Below are positions 1 through 16,859 of a stretch of 64,000 nt of DNA, in pieces (position 1 is the first letter of the stretch; each line of letters begins with the position of its first letter). A model generated the notes under the pieces. That model saw only the letters and a program-made list of their open reading frames with translations. It searched no databases and was not told where the DNA came from. A program made the position numbers and the translations under genes. The stretch comes from the human T2T-CHM13v2.0 reference genome, Homo sapiens. The stretch lies in the NCBI RefSeq assembly GCF_009914755.1, contig NC_060940.1; one strand, given 5' to 3'.

Positions 1-786
1 ACTGACGGAAGAATCTAGAGGCTGATTGGAACATCTAGAGTAACAGCCTCGGACACTGAGGCTCCTAGAAGGACCTAAGCAGATGCAGCCTAAGGTCCTG
101 AGCCAGCTGGGGTAGAGCCAGACCCCAAGTCCAGCTTCCTGACCGCCAGGGCCGTGTCCACCCACTGAGCCTGGCCGCGGCTCCTCCCTGCCTGGGCAGT
201 GACCATTGCTAGGGGCTGGCGTGGAGCCTGCGTGGGAAGGTGCCTGAGGCTCTGCACCCAGCAACTTGCAGGTCAGAAGAGCTGGGACTGGGTGGACCTT
301 CCAAGGCGCTCAGAGCAGTGTTGTTTCCAAGTTCAACATTCTGCCTTGCCAGCGGCTAGCTCAGTGTCACATGGCACACGTTCCAGGAAACAGAGCGGCC
401 TCTGCCATCCCTGGAGGCCAGTCTGGGTCTGATAGTACCGGGTGGGTCAGCACCCTGAAAGCCCCGGGCGGGCGGGGGGGAAGGTGGCAGTGGGGGAAGG
501 GGAGCAGCCCACCCAGAGTTGCTGAGAACTCCCGGAGGCTTCTGGAAATATTGTAACTGGCCACACTGTTTGCACTTTCAAACCTTGTTGCAAAGAAAAA
601 TAAATACATAAACCTAATCAGAGGAGGTTTGCAAGCAGTGACCAAGGGACTGTTTGTACTGCAGTGAGCCAACAGTGGATACTTGCAGGGGTCTTCTGGG
701 TTCAGGACCTCTCTGCCGTGCTCTAGGGATGTTGTTCCCAGCCCTCTTGGGTGACTTTGAGCAAAGGGCTGTTATCTCCATTTTGC

Positions 787-1100
<314 letters not shown>

Positions 1101-2179
1101 TGAGGAAACTGAGGCTCAGACGACTTCGGGGTCAGTGCTGATTGGTGAGTGACCCTGCGGGGACTAGATGTCAGTTGGTCTGAGTCAAAAGCTCATGCTT
1201 TTTCCTACTTTGTCACCTCCCAAAATAGCATTTGGAAGGGAAAACAGAACAGGGCGTCATTGTTTGTTGTTTCTGACCGTTTGTGGTTCGTGGTGGAGAC
1301 AGAATCTTGGGGCAAGACGTGAGAGGCAATTTCAGGTGGGCCTGGAACTTGAAGGGCTGCAGTCTCAAAACCAAAGATTGGGTCACATGGTTCAATAGAG
1401 CGTTTTTGTGCTGTCTCCGGGTGGGAGACAGCATTCAGTGCCAAAGCCTTGACATTTCCAGAACCTTCTGAGGGTTGCTGGAGACCACGAAATGGCAAGA
1501 TAGAATTAGTGGCCCACTTGGACTGCCTCTAGAAAGGGTGAGAGCCTAGAGGTCAGTGGCACTGGCGGACCAGGCCTTGGGAGTTAGAGTCTCAGGAGGC
1601 TGCCAAGGTGAGCTGAATTCTGGAAGAAGGGAGACAGGCCCAGAGAGACAGGGCGTCTGGGGGGAAAGTCGCCGGCCTGGAGGAGGGGGCGAGTTGCCAG
1701 GTGGATGGCACAGCCTGGTAGCTCGCGGGAGGTGAGGTGGGGCATGAAATGAGGGACCCCAATCCCAAGGCCTATGTGGTGGGAACCTGCCAACTCTCAG
1801 AGGCTCTGCCCAGTGACTGCCCCCACCCCTGATTCTGGCCAGGCTGAGCAGTGGGGGGAGGTCTGGAGACCTGTGTCCAGGGCCGGCCCCAAGGGGGGCA
1901 ACTGTGCAGACACTTGGGGCCCCAGGCTGACTTCCACGCTCCCCCATTGCCACCCTAATGTGCTGCATTGTTGTTGAGTGAGGAGTTCCCCCTTAGATGA
2001 GAAGGGGTCCTGCCTTGTGGTCTAGGTTGACACAGAGTGGCTGGTCATCTGGCCGCCTGCCACACAGCTTCCAAGTCCAGTAAGGCCTTGAGCCCGAATC
2101 TGCCTTGAGCCCAGGAGCATTTTCTGTGAACTGCTTCTGCACCACCCGATTCCTTTGCACATGAAAGCTTAACCAAGGT

Positions 2180-3130
<951 letters not shown>

Positions 3131-3133
3131 TCA

Positions 3134-3440
3134 TTTTTATTTTTATCCGTTTTTTTTGAGACAAGGTCTCACTCTGTCACTGCAGCTGGAATGCAATGGT
3201 ACAATCTCAGCTTGCTACAACCTCGACCTCCTGGACTCACTTGAGCCCAGGGACCTCAGCCTTTTGAGTAGCTGGGACTACAGGTGCATGCCACCACACC
3301 TGGCTACTTTTTAAAATCGTTCATAGAGACGAGGTCTCACTGTGTTCCCAGGCTGGTCTCGAACTGCTAGCCCCAAGTGATCCTCCCACCTCAGTCTCTC
3401 AAAGTACTTGGATTATAGGCATGAACCGCCGTATCCAGTC
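3134..3440 (-). mobile_element. AluJ-type SINE
   Basis: GAGACAAGGTCTCACTCTGTC...TCCTCCCACCTCAG J-type diagnostics. Diverged. Confidence 0.92.
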
Positions 3441-3595
3441 TAGATCTCAATGTCTTAAAAAGCTTTAGTGGCGAGGGGGGCAGGCCTTGGGCCTGGACGG
3501 GCACTGTGTTTTGACCTCTGGGGGCTCTTTATTGTCCCTCTAAGTTCTTCCAGTGTCACGATCATGGTTTTCAAACCAAAAATTGAGTCCTGTGA

Positions 3596-4217
<622 letters not shown>

Positions 4218-4384
4218 TCAGTCAATTTTAAAAATATGTTCATATGAAAAATTTGACAGGGGTAGAAAGTTGGCCTGACGGTGTCTACTTTAACAAGATC
4301 CTTGACTGGAAGGGTCATACATCTCTGGAATCGGTGCCCCCCTGGCTCGTTCAGGATATGGGCTCATCACAACCACCTGGGAGG

Positions 4385-4555
4385 GGCGGTTAAGCCTAAG
4401 GGTTAATGAGGAGGACTCTGAACCACCCGCCTGGTTTGAATCTCACTTCCACCACATCTTGGCTGTGTGACCTTAAGTGAGTTAATTAACATGTCTGTGC
4501 CTCAGTGAACTCATCTGTAAAATGGGGATGATTGTTGTTGGGTTAAATGAGTTTA
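4385..4555 (+). mobile_element. MIR SINE fragment
   Basis: MIR core GCTGTGTGACCTT...TCTGTGCCTCAGTGAACTCATCTGTAAAATGGGGAT. Confidence 0.85.
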
Positions 4556-4560
4556 GCCTG

Positions 4561-4905
4561 TGATATGGTTTGGCCGTGACCCCACCCAAATCTCATTTTG
4601 AATGGTAATCCCCACAAACCCCACAGGTCCTGGGAAGGACCCCATGGGAAGTGATTGGATCTTGGGGGCGTTTCCCCTATGCCGTTCTTGTGATCATGAG
4701 TTTGGCATTTCCTCTGCTTGCACTCACTGTCTCTCCTGTCGCCTTGTGAAGAAGTTGCCTGCTTCTGCTTCCCCTTCTGCCATGATTGTAAGTTTCCCGA
4801 GGCCTGCCCAGCCATACAGAACTGTAAGTCAATTAAACCTCTTTTCTTTATCAATTCCTCAGTCTCGGATATTTCGCCATAGCAGCGTGAGAACAGACTA
4901 ATATG
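4561..4905 (+). mobile_element. Solo LTR, ERVL-MaLR (THE1/MST family)
   Basis: Starts TGATATGGTTTGGC, contains CCATGATTGTAAGTTTCC and GTCAATTAAACCTCTTTTCTTTAT, ends GAACAGACTAATA. 5-bp TSD GCCTG at 4556-4560 and 4906-4910. Confidence 0.93.
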
Positions 4906-5044
4906 GCCTGGTGCTTACTTTGTGGTTTCAGCTCCTGTCCAGGGTAGAAGCTGTGATCAGCAAGCACGTGTGGGCACCTAGAAGGTGCTAGACGCTGTGG
5001 GGTCCCGATCAGTTTAAGACCCAGTCCCTGCCTGGAAACATTTC

Positions 5045-5926
<882 letters not shown>

Positions 5927-8280
5927 TCATACAGGCCATTGACCCTTTCCACATGCCCATTTTACGGATCAGCAAAACTGAGGTCCCGGGGGGAGAGTGA
6001 ATTCTTAGGATCACAGACTCACAGCCTGTCATATACAGGCTATTTGGGAGGATGTTGTCTTTCCTCCTTGATACCACATTCCTGGAGTAGGGGGGCGGAT
6101 GGCTCATCCTTGCCCTGGTGCCCCCCACCCCCAGATCGCCTGGTACAGATCCCTGGCCATGCATGAATCCAGCTGGCTGTGGTCAAGTGGACCCCCAGGT
6201 CATGTCCCAGAAGGTCACTCAGCCTTTTGGCCTCTCCTCCTTATGTTGGCCACACAGCATTGCATGCAGTAGGTGCTCAATAAATGCTTGGCTGCTCATG
6301 CCCAGCCGATGCCAGGAAGCTCGTTCTCACCAGGCCAGGGCAGAACATACGACAGCAGAGTTGGGGGGCCAGGCCTGGCAGGCCCCTTTCCGCTCCTCCT
6401 CCACAGCAAGCCCCCAGACGGGGCGGAAGGGCCTGGAATTCCCTGTCCAGGGTGGGGCTGTCACCCCAGAGAAGAGTCTCCTGGCCACTGTCTGCCCACA
6501 GCCTGTAGGGTTCCCCTTCCCCAGCCACCTCCTCAGAGGCGTCGGGGCTGCAGGAAGAGCCGGCTGAGCCAGATAAAGGCACAGCGGGGGCCGGAGGGAG
6601 CCGTTTTCCAACAAAGGAAGCCTGCGGAGGCCTTCCCCCGCCCGCCTAGACACTCCAGGCTCCTTTCAAGCTCTCAGCCGACTGGCGGGCTATTCAACTG
6701 CAGCACAAAATGGGGTGGGAGGTGCCCCTGCTTCCCAAGCAACAGAGAGGCAGAGCCATTTATTTAAAAGAAAAAAGCCACAACATGTTCCAGAATATTC
6801 CTCCTCAGAGTGCAGGTCCCTTTGTGGGCCCTGCAGGGTCTGCAGTGGGGCAGGGAATTGGAGAGAGACAACGGGGCTGGGTCTCTCCCCGTAGTCATGT
6901 CCGTGCCCCTGCCGGGTCCTCACAGGTTCCGCCTCTGCAGTGATTGACAAGGCCTTGCGGCTGGGCGTCCCCGCCCCGGGGCCTCCCGCGGTGGAATGGA
7001 TGGACAGGGACAGAGGAGACCACCCAGACCTTCCAGCTGCACCCCTGCCACCCCTGCCCCCGCAGCCTGGCAGAGGAAGAGGATGACAGGGCCTGCAGGG
7101 TGGCTGATGCCCCTCCAGGACTGGGGGCCCCAACCCTTCATCAGGGCCCAAGAGGGGCGTTCGGTGGGGGATTGAGGGGTGAGGTCAGCTGCCCCGCCCC
7201 TAGTGGAGCCAGAACCCCCGCGGCCCCAGTGTTCTAACACTTGAACTCTGCCCTAGGCTCCTCCCCCTCCCCCACAGCTCCCTGGGCCCCCCAGAAAGAG
7301 CCACAGCCTTGGCATCAAACCAAGCCCAGCTAGAAACCCAGCATCGCCCTTTAGGAGCCAGCCAAGGCCTGAGCTTTTCTGCACCTCAGTTTGTTCATCT
7401 GTAAAATGGGGGTGGACGCTGGCTGCCTCCAGGGCTGGTGTGTGAAGTGAGTGGAGAAGGACCTTCGGAGCACCCGTGTGCTGTGAATACAGGGCCTCAG
7501 CTCTGCTAGGGGCGGCGTGGGGAAGACATAGGGTGGGTGTGAGTCAGCCACTTCGGCTAAGCCTGGAACAGCCCCAGCCCCAGGGGCTGCGGGCTGCTGG
7601 AAGGATATTAGCCGGGTGCCCTGCTGGCTTGGGGGCTGCAGAGCCACCTGCAGGTGGACCCTCAGTCGGGCACCCGCTGGCCCCAGGCCTGGGTCTCCGC
7701 AGGCTGTGGGAGCCGCTCAGAGGCGCTCAGCAACAAGCCCCTGGGGGGCTGCGGGGTGCGGGGAGAGGGCAGGAGAAGGTTCGCCTGTGCCAAGGCTCAT
7801 TAAGCGCCGGTGTTCTGAGGGGATTAGGCCGGAGCCAGCCGAGGATTCCTTGGGCTTGGTTATTAAAGGCTCCGCGCAGGGTAAACACCAGGCGCTTCCT
7901 TTCAGAGCCGCACCTGCTAATTAGAGGGCAAGGAACTCATTAAAACAGTAACTCCAGGGACTGCCTGGGAAGAAGGCTGGGGACGGGAGGGGAGGGAATG
8001 TGTGGGGAGGGCGGAGGGCAGGAGGGGAAAGGGCCAGGCATCAGGGGCAGGGGGCAAGGGGCTAGGGGGATGCAGGGGGCAAGAGGCTGGTGGGGGGGCA
8101 GGGGTAAGACCCCGCCCTCCAGGGGCTCCCATGCTTCCTGCTTTATTTTCTGCCCCCTGGCAGATGCCCCTGCCAGGTGCTCTGCAGTCTCCCCGGTGGG
8201 CTCCGAGGTGCACGTGTTCTTCCTGGTGGCGGCCAGGAGTGGGGAATGGGCAGAGCCACGTCTGTGAAATAAATGCCTGC

Positions 8281-8685
8281 TGTGCTGGGCCGAGCAGGGA
8301 CCCCAGGGCTCATGTCCTGATCCCCTCACCAAAGAGGCTTTGCAGATGTGAGCTAGGGACTTTGAAACAGAATGTCCTGGTTTGTCCTTGTGACTGTCCT
8401 TAGAAGAGGGTGATGGAAGCTGATGCTGCAGGAGAGGAAGTGGGCTGCGTGGTGACAGACCGAGGAGCTGGAGTGCTGTGGGGTGGGGGCCACCAGCCAA
8501 GGAACGCAGGGGCCTGGAGAAGCTGGAAGAAAGGACGGGTAACAGTCTCCCCTGGAGCCAGCCCTGCCTACACTTTGACTTTAGTCCAGCAAGACCCAAG
8601 TCGGATTTCTGACCTCCCAAGAGGGTGGATATGTGTTGTTAGAGCCATTGTTCGTGGTCGCATGTTACAGCAGCCGCAGAACACA
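8281..8685 (+). mobile_element. MLT1 (C/D-like) LTR
   Basis: GGCTTTGCAGATGTG, AGCCAAGGAACGC, AGAAGCTGGAAGA, CAGCCCTGCC..ACACTTTGACTTTAG, GATTTCTGACCTCC, TGTTACAGCAGCC. Confidence 0.8.
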
Positions 8686-9152
8686 GAGACAGCCCCTCGC
8701 AGCAGGCGCCTCACCTGGGGCACTGTGAGGGGCTGCAGCGCCCCACTGCCATGTCGTCTGCCTCTGCCGATCCAGGAAGCGTGCAGGTGGGCAGGGGTGG
8801 GCACCGGAGGGCATGATGCATCATTTTTTGTATGTTTAAAATGTTTCATAATTAAACTGTGAAATGACATCTGCCCGGATCCCAGAGTCTGCCCCTCTCT
8901 GAGTTCTCCTGCCCCTCTTGGATAAATGTCAGTGGCCAAGCATGAGCCCTTGGGGCCCAGGGACACATCTTCCCTGTCTTTCTCTATCTCCCTCCTCCCT
9001 TCTTACCCCAGGCTTGGGAAGTCTGAGTGTTTCTGGAAGTCTGCTGCTGTGTGGGAATCACTCTTGTCTTGCTGCTTAAGACACGTGGGAGCTGTTAATG
9101 GCTCACATTTCAAAGCCTGGCTTTGGGGTAGGATTTAATGCAAGCCACCTAG

Positions 9153-10061
<909 letters not shown>

Positions 10062-10509
10062 TGAGGCGCAGGGCCTAAGACCTTTAATGAGCGCGTGCAG
10101 CCTTGGGGCCTCTGGAGGAAGGGGTGTGTACACCTGAATCACCTTTATGGCAATTCTGCATCCAGAGGGTGCTTCCTGCCTCAAAGTAGAGGCTCTGGGG
10201 CCCTTTGGCAACCATCTGGGGGCTCCTGTCCTAGCCTGACTGCCCCAGGTCTGAAGTGGGGAGCCAGGGATGGGGCAGGGGGCCCAGACTCCCAGTCACA
10301 CCCAAGCAAGTGGGACAAGTACCAGAGGTGACTCATATGTAGAGGTAAAAAGCACAACACCGCTGCTGTCTGTCCTTTGGGGTCCTGTAGCCGTCGGCCA
10401 TGAGAGGGGGCTGCAGTGCCACCAACCCCTGGGTCTGTATGCCTTGGTCTCCCACTTACAGACCCAGATGGGTCGAATTCCTCCGTCTCCATAATCACAC
10501 TAAGGAATG

Positions 10510-10660
10510 CGGTACATACCGAGCATGCACTGCAGGTGCTTTGTCCTTAACTCACTGAATCCTCCAGCAACCCTACGAAGTCAGGACTAATGTCCCCACT
10601 TTCCAGATGGGGTGGCAGAGGCTCAGGGAGGGGATGTGACTTCCCCAAGCTCACACAGCG
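10510..10660 (-). mobile_element. MIR fragment
   Basis: AATCCTCCAGCAACCCT...CCCCACTTTCCAGATG...GAGGCTCAGGGAGG..GTGACTTCCCCAAGCTCACACAGC. Confidence 0.82.
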
Positions 10661-11384
10661 GGATCCATAGCCAGCAGCTCTTGGTTAATATGACTTACGG
10701 TGTCCAAAGCCCCCTCCCCGTGTGCCTCCCCCGACCCTCAGCTGGTGGGACTGAGAAGCCAGGGCCGCACTGCTCTCTGCGGACCCTGCAGGACTCTCCT
10801 TCTCCCCTGGCTTCCTTTGCGCCACACCGAGGGGACTGGATGGTGTGATGCTTTTCCCACGCTGGATTTGGTTGTTTTCCTACCTGGAAACACCAGTTCG
10901 GCCTCTTCCTGTCTACACCTCCCTCTGAAACGCCCTTTCTCCCCCTCCAGCCTCTTCTCTCCTCAGAGTCATTGCTTGTCTTTTGAGTGCCCTTCATGGC
11001 GGGCCCAGGGGCCAGGCCGTGTGCTGGCCACCCAGGGAGGATGCTGTCCCACCTCAGAACCCCCCTTTATCCCCTGTACCAGCCGGGGCCTTTGTGATTG
11101 GTCTACACCAGCTTCTCAGACTGAACCCCCCTTGCTCCCAGAGTGTGTCCTTTCAGAGGCCACCAGAGACCATCACCACCAGGGACCACTTCTCCACCTG
11201 TCATCCCTTTGTACCCCGCCGCCTTGGACCCTTCTAGAAACCCCCAAATCAGCCAGCACTCACCCAGGGCTGCAGAGCTGGGAGGTGGACACTGAGCTTC
11301 ACAGTGGGGAGGCTGGTGGGCAGGCCCAGCGTCTGTAGGGCTCATACCAGGAGGGGTGGCAGGGGAGCTTCTGTCACAAGTGGG

Positions 11385-11545
11385 TCCTCTTTCCTCAGGG
11401 AAGCCTCACCCTGGCTCTGAAGGCCTCCCAGCTGATCCACGCGGGCCCACCCAGGTCATCTAGAACAGTCTTCCTTACTGAGAGGGCAAAATCCCCTCCC
11501 AGCAGCCCCAGAGGCCAGTATGATGGAGCAACCCACCCCGTGCTG
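11385..11545 (-). mobile_element. Probable MLT2-type (ERVL) LTR fragment
   Basis: TTCCTCAGGGAAGCCTCA...GCTCTGAAGGCCT...CTGAT...GGCCCACCCA matches the recalled MLT2 antisense motif order. Confidence 0.5.
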
Positions 11546-12885
11546 GCCCAGCCCACCAGGCTTCCCTTCCAGCCTCCCACCCGGCCTCCTCCTTGTCTCT
11601 CCTGCCGGCTCCTCTGAGTGCGGCTGCAGCCCGGCCTCGGGCCCTTCCACTTTGCCCACCTCACCCCCTTAGGGCTTGGGGGGCCTGGGTCAGGTGCCTG
11701 AGGCCAGCCTGCATCAGAAGCTGGCTCCGCCTCTTTACTGTATGTGGCCCTGGGCCTCAGTTTCTTCCTCTATACAATGGGGACAATAACATACCAGCCT
11801 CCTGGGAACTGGCTGGGTTACAGGAGAGCAAGTCTTTGGAGCTGGGCCGGCAGGCATGGGGGCCCAAAGAGGGTCCTCAGCTTTGGATCTGGACGCCTCT
11901 TCTGGAGATCTCACTTCCGGAGCACCCGCCATCTCTGCGTGGACATCCCATTGGGCCACTTCCCTCAGGGGGCCCCAAGCTGCAGCCTCCTCCTCCCCCC
12001 ACAGCCCTGCCTGCCCTCCCTGACCCAGACGCCCCGTGCTCAAGCTTCCTCTGCCTGGACGCTGTTGACATTGGGGATGTCCCGTGCATGGCAGGATGCT
12101 GAGCTACGCCTTTGGCCTTTCCTGCTAGATACTACTGTGACAACCAAAATGTCCCCGTCAGCCTCGGGATCAACACCGTCTGTCCTCCAGGGCGTGGACA
12201 CGGGGCCTCTGCTTTCCTCAGACCCGCTCCCTCTCCAGCCACTCCCCTGCTCCTGCCCTCACCATGTGCACTGACCAAGCTGTCTTCTGAGCCCACGCGG
12301 CCTTCCTTGTCCCACACATGATGCTGTGTCGGCACTCCTCTACTCTATGATCGACTTGGCTCCCTACTGCCCACGGACCTTGCAGGAGTCGAGCTGGTCC
12401 ATCCAGAGTGTGGATGTGGAGCTGCCACTTGCCACCTGGTGGCCCTGGGCCTCACTGGCCTCTGTTTTGTCATCTGGAAAAAGTCATCCACGCCTCACAG
12501 CATTTCTGGAACTGAGTTTGGACAGGGCCTGCATGGGGGAGCTGCGCTGGGGTTGCTGGAGTCACCATCCTGTTGCCAAGGTCCCGCACTTGGGCCCTTC
12601 TGGCCCCCTCCAGCCATGATGAGCTCTCCTCTCCCGGCATCCCTTCTCTGCGTTTCCTCTCTCCTGTCTGTCCCCAGGTTCTGCTCATCCTTGAAGGACC
12701 TGGTGTCCCGACCAGAGGGTGGACTCTGAGGTGCAGGGGCAGTGCATTGACTTTTGGGGACGCTTGGCGTGGGGTGGGCCACTTGTGAGGAGCCCCTTAT
12801 TGGGGCTATGTGTGACCCATGGAGGGAAGCCATTTTTCTTCCCCCTAAATGTGGGGGCTCAAGACCCACCACCCCAAAATATGGC

Positions 12886-13370
12886 TGTAGGAGACCAGAA
12901 TGTGCCACCCCAAAATATACTTCATCAGCGTATTCACTGCCGGTTATTCTGAGAAACTGCGGAGCCAGGAGTCGCTCTGAAAAGCTGTCCTTTTGTAAAA
13001 GCAATTTGCATCTGTAAAGGAGAGCCGCTTTAGTGAGGTGTCTGCACCCGGAAGAGAGCTGCTCCAACAACTTTTATCACCAGGGAGACTTTATCTGCAC
13101 AGCAAGACAAGCTTGATTCACCAGGCACTTACTCCCTCACCTCCCGCCACCCCTGGAAGCCCCAGACCCCTGCTCCTTCCTTCAGCTCGGATGCTATCTG
13201 TACAAGCGACAGTCACCTGACCCTTGTTTGAGTTTCCCGTGCGGTGGGACTCCCGTGCCTGCGCATGTAATTAAACATGGTTTTTCTCCTGTTAATCGCT
13301 CATGTTGATTTATTCACAGCCCAGCCAGGGAACCTCGGAGGGTGGAGGGGAATCATTTTCTCTCCCTACA
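12886..13370 (+). mobile_element. Solo ERV1-type LTR (MER34/MER39-like)
   Basis: TG...CA termini: TGTAGGAGACCAGAATGTGCCACCCCAAAATAT ... ATTAAACATGGTTTTTCTCCTGTTAATC ... CTCCCTACA. Confidence 0.8.
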
Positions 13371-13614
13371 CCCATCCCGGGAGGCCCCAGCTCTGAGCCC
13401 GGGGGTGAGCGGCCCTGAGTAGTTTTCGCTGACACAGCCCTTTGCCCCATGGTGGCACTGCTGAGGCCGGGAGCAGCCCCGGGCCCGGGTGGAGGGCCGT
13501 ACTGTCTTGGCATTCTTTCCTCGGCAAGCGAGTGAGTTCGGTCGGCTTTTTAATCAGCAAGACCTTTGATCCAGCAGGAATGAGTAATTAGCGCGGAGCC
13601 GGGAGTGGGCAGTT

Positions 13615-13676
13615 GCAGGAGGCGGAGGCCGTGCTGTGCGGGCTGGCAGGAGGCGGAGGCCGTGCTGGGTGGGCTG
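13615..13676. repeat. 31-bp tandem duplication
   Basis: GCAGGAGGCGGAGGCCGTGCTG(T/G)G(C/T)GGGCTG x2, 29/31 identical. Confidence 0.95.
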
Positions 13677-14709
13677 GGCTCCCTGCAGGTGCTGGGGCGT
13701 GGGTTTGTGGGGTGAGGGAGTACATGGCCCAGAATAGGAGGAGGTACATGGGGTGAGGCCGTGCACCGCAAAAGGTGCCCGGCTCCTCCCACAGCCACTG
13801 CTGCAGGGTGGCAGTCTCATGCCCGGCACCACCAACAGTGACAGCAGCAATAACACTGTTGGCTGCCGGGAGAAAGAGAAGGAAAAGAGGAAGGGAAGAG
13901 GTAGAAGGGAGGGAGCCATGTCCATTTCGGAGTTGGGAACCCTGATGCCCAAATAAGCCAGTGCCTTGTCTGAGGCCTCCAAGCAGCCGGGCGCGCTGGG
14001 AGCAGGGCCGGGACACCCTTCAGACCTGACGTCCAGTGTGGAGTTTCCCTGCCACCCCAGATGTCCCATAAAGAAGGCTCCAGCATGCTGACCGGCTGGC
14101 CTGAGTGGACTTCCAGCAGCTGGGGCTGGGGTCCCAGGAGGACAGAGCCAGGGCAGGACCGCATACTAGGACAGGTGGGACCCAGGCCTTCCTGGGACCC
14201 TAGTGTCTCCGAGATATGGAGGAACAGGGCGTGGAGGCTGCCCCTGCCCCGGGTTCAGGCCAGGGTCCTCCTGGAAGCCTTGGTGAGGACCCGGCTGCAG
14301 TTCTGCAGGACTCCAGGGTCACCAGGGGCTGACTGGGCAGCATCAAGCCTTGGTGCTTTAATGAGCTTCCATTAGCCCTCCTGACATGCGCCACTCCAGC
14401 AGTGTTTGGGGATTGGCTGATGGATTTTTGAGCCTTTGTTCGTTCCCTTGATTATTCATTCAACAAATGTTCATGAAGCCTGGCACTGAGCCAGGGGATG
14501 GCCCAGACTTTGCTCAAGGAGCTCCCGGCCTAAGCATCAGCTCATCAGCTTTTGAAGACAGAGCTTCAGAGATGCCGACCAGTCGGTGGCGTTCAGCACA
14601 GAAGGGGCAGAATCAGAGGTGCAGGATTAGGCCACCTGCAGCCTTGGTGGCTCGGGTAGGACACTGGTGGCTTTCTGCAGCCTGGTGGGCTGTGAGCCAC
14701 TGAACAGTC

Positions 14710-15777
<1,068 letters not shown>

Positions 15778-16539
15778 TCAGGACTTTCAAGCAGGGAAAC
15801 CGGGGACCTGGCGCAGGGATGGGCTGGGGGCCAGTCACCTGGGCTGCACATCTCCTTGCCTTCAGGGGTCCATGGGTGTGGGCCAGGGCCGGGCTTCTCT
15901 CAGCACAGGGCCCAGGGCAGGAGTCCTGGTTGTCCAGGTCTCAGCAATGCTGCCACACCTGGCGTCTGAAATGGAAGCGTCAGCCTCTGCAGTTTTCACT
16001 GCATGCGGCGCCGTCAGTGTTCTCATTCCATTTGATTTTCTTTCTGAAAACCACTGGCCAAAGCCTCCGTATTGGTCTCAGGCAGGACCCAGCCTGGAGT
16101 TGGAGACTATGGAGCAGGTGACCTTTCAGGTTCTTCCCACCTCCGAGCTTTGAGGGTGCTGGGAACACCCCTGGGCTCTCCCTCACCTCTGGATCAAGAG
16201 AATGAACACAGAAGCCACGCCTTCCCTGTGCTGGACCTGTGGGTGCTGGCCCTGCTCGTCCTGCTCTTGCTGACCACCTGTCCTGTTCTTCCCTGGAGCC
16301 CTGAGCCTGGGCTGCCCACGGCAGGGCAGGGCAGGCTGCCTGGGCGTTGCCTGCTTCATCCTCCTTTCTCATCTCTGCACCGGCAGATCTTCCCCCTCAG
16401 CATCTCCAGATGCGCCTTTTTCCGTATCTTGCCTTCACCTCTGGGTGCATTCAGCTGGTGAACCTCTTTCCTGCAATGGGGCCACCCTGAGTGCCCTCCT
16501 AACCTTCCGGGCTGCTCTGAGTGGTAGATGTCCCCCAAG

Positions 16540-16750
16540 GTTAACAGTGCAGGCTGAGGATGACAGCGTCTGTGTGCAGAGCTGGCTCTGTGTGACGTGA
16601 GGCAGCTGACTTACCCCTCCCTGCCTCAGTCTCCCCCTCCATCAAATGGGCGTATAATGATAGCACCTATGTCATAGGCATGTTTGGAGGATCAGGCAAG
16701 TAAGATTTGCAAAGTGCTTGAGCATTGCATGGCACATGTGGTGGCTAAAT
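16540..16750 (+). mobile_element. MIR fragment
   Basis: TGTGTGACGTGAGGCAG...GCCTCAGTCTCC...AAATGGG..ATAATGATAGCACCT...AAAGTGCTTGAGCA. Confidence 0.8.
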
Positions 16751-16859
16751 AATTTAAATAACATTAAATAATTAAGGGGTTACCATCAGGGGAAATAAAA
16801 TCAGCTAGGTTTTATCCAGCGGCTCCTAAAGGCCCGGTAGTAGTCTAAATACACCCATC

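Noticed and set aside
7190-7210. CTCF-like CCACTAGGGGCGG on the minus strand
   Set aside because: One G short of the required core spacing.
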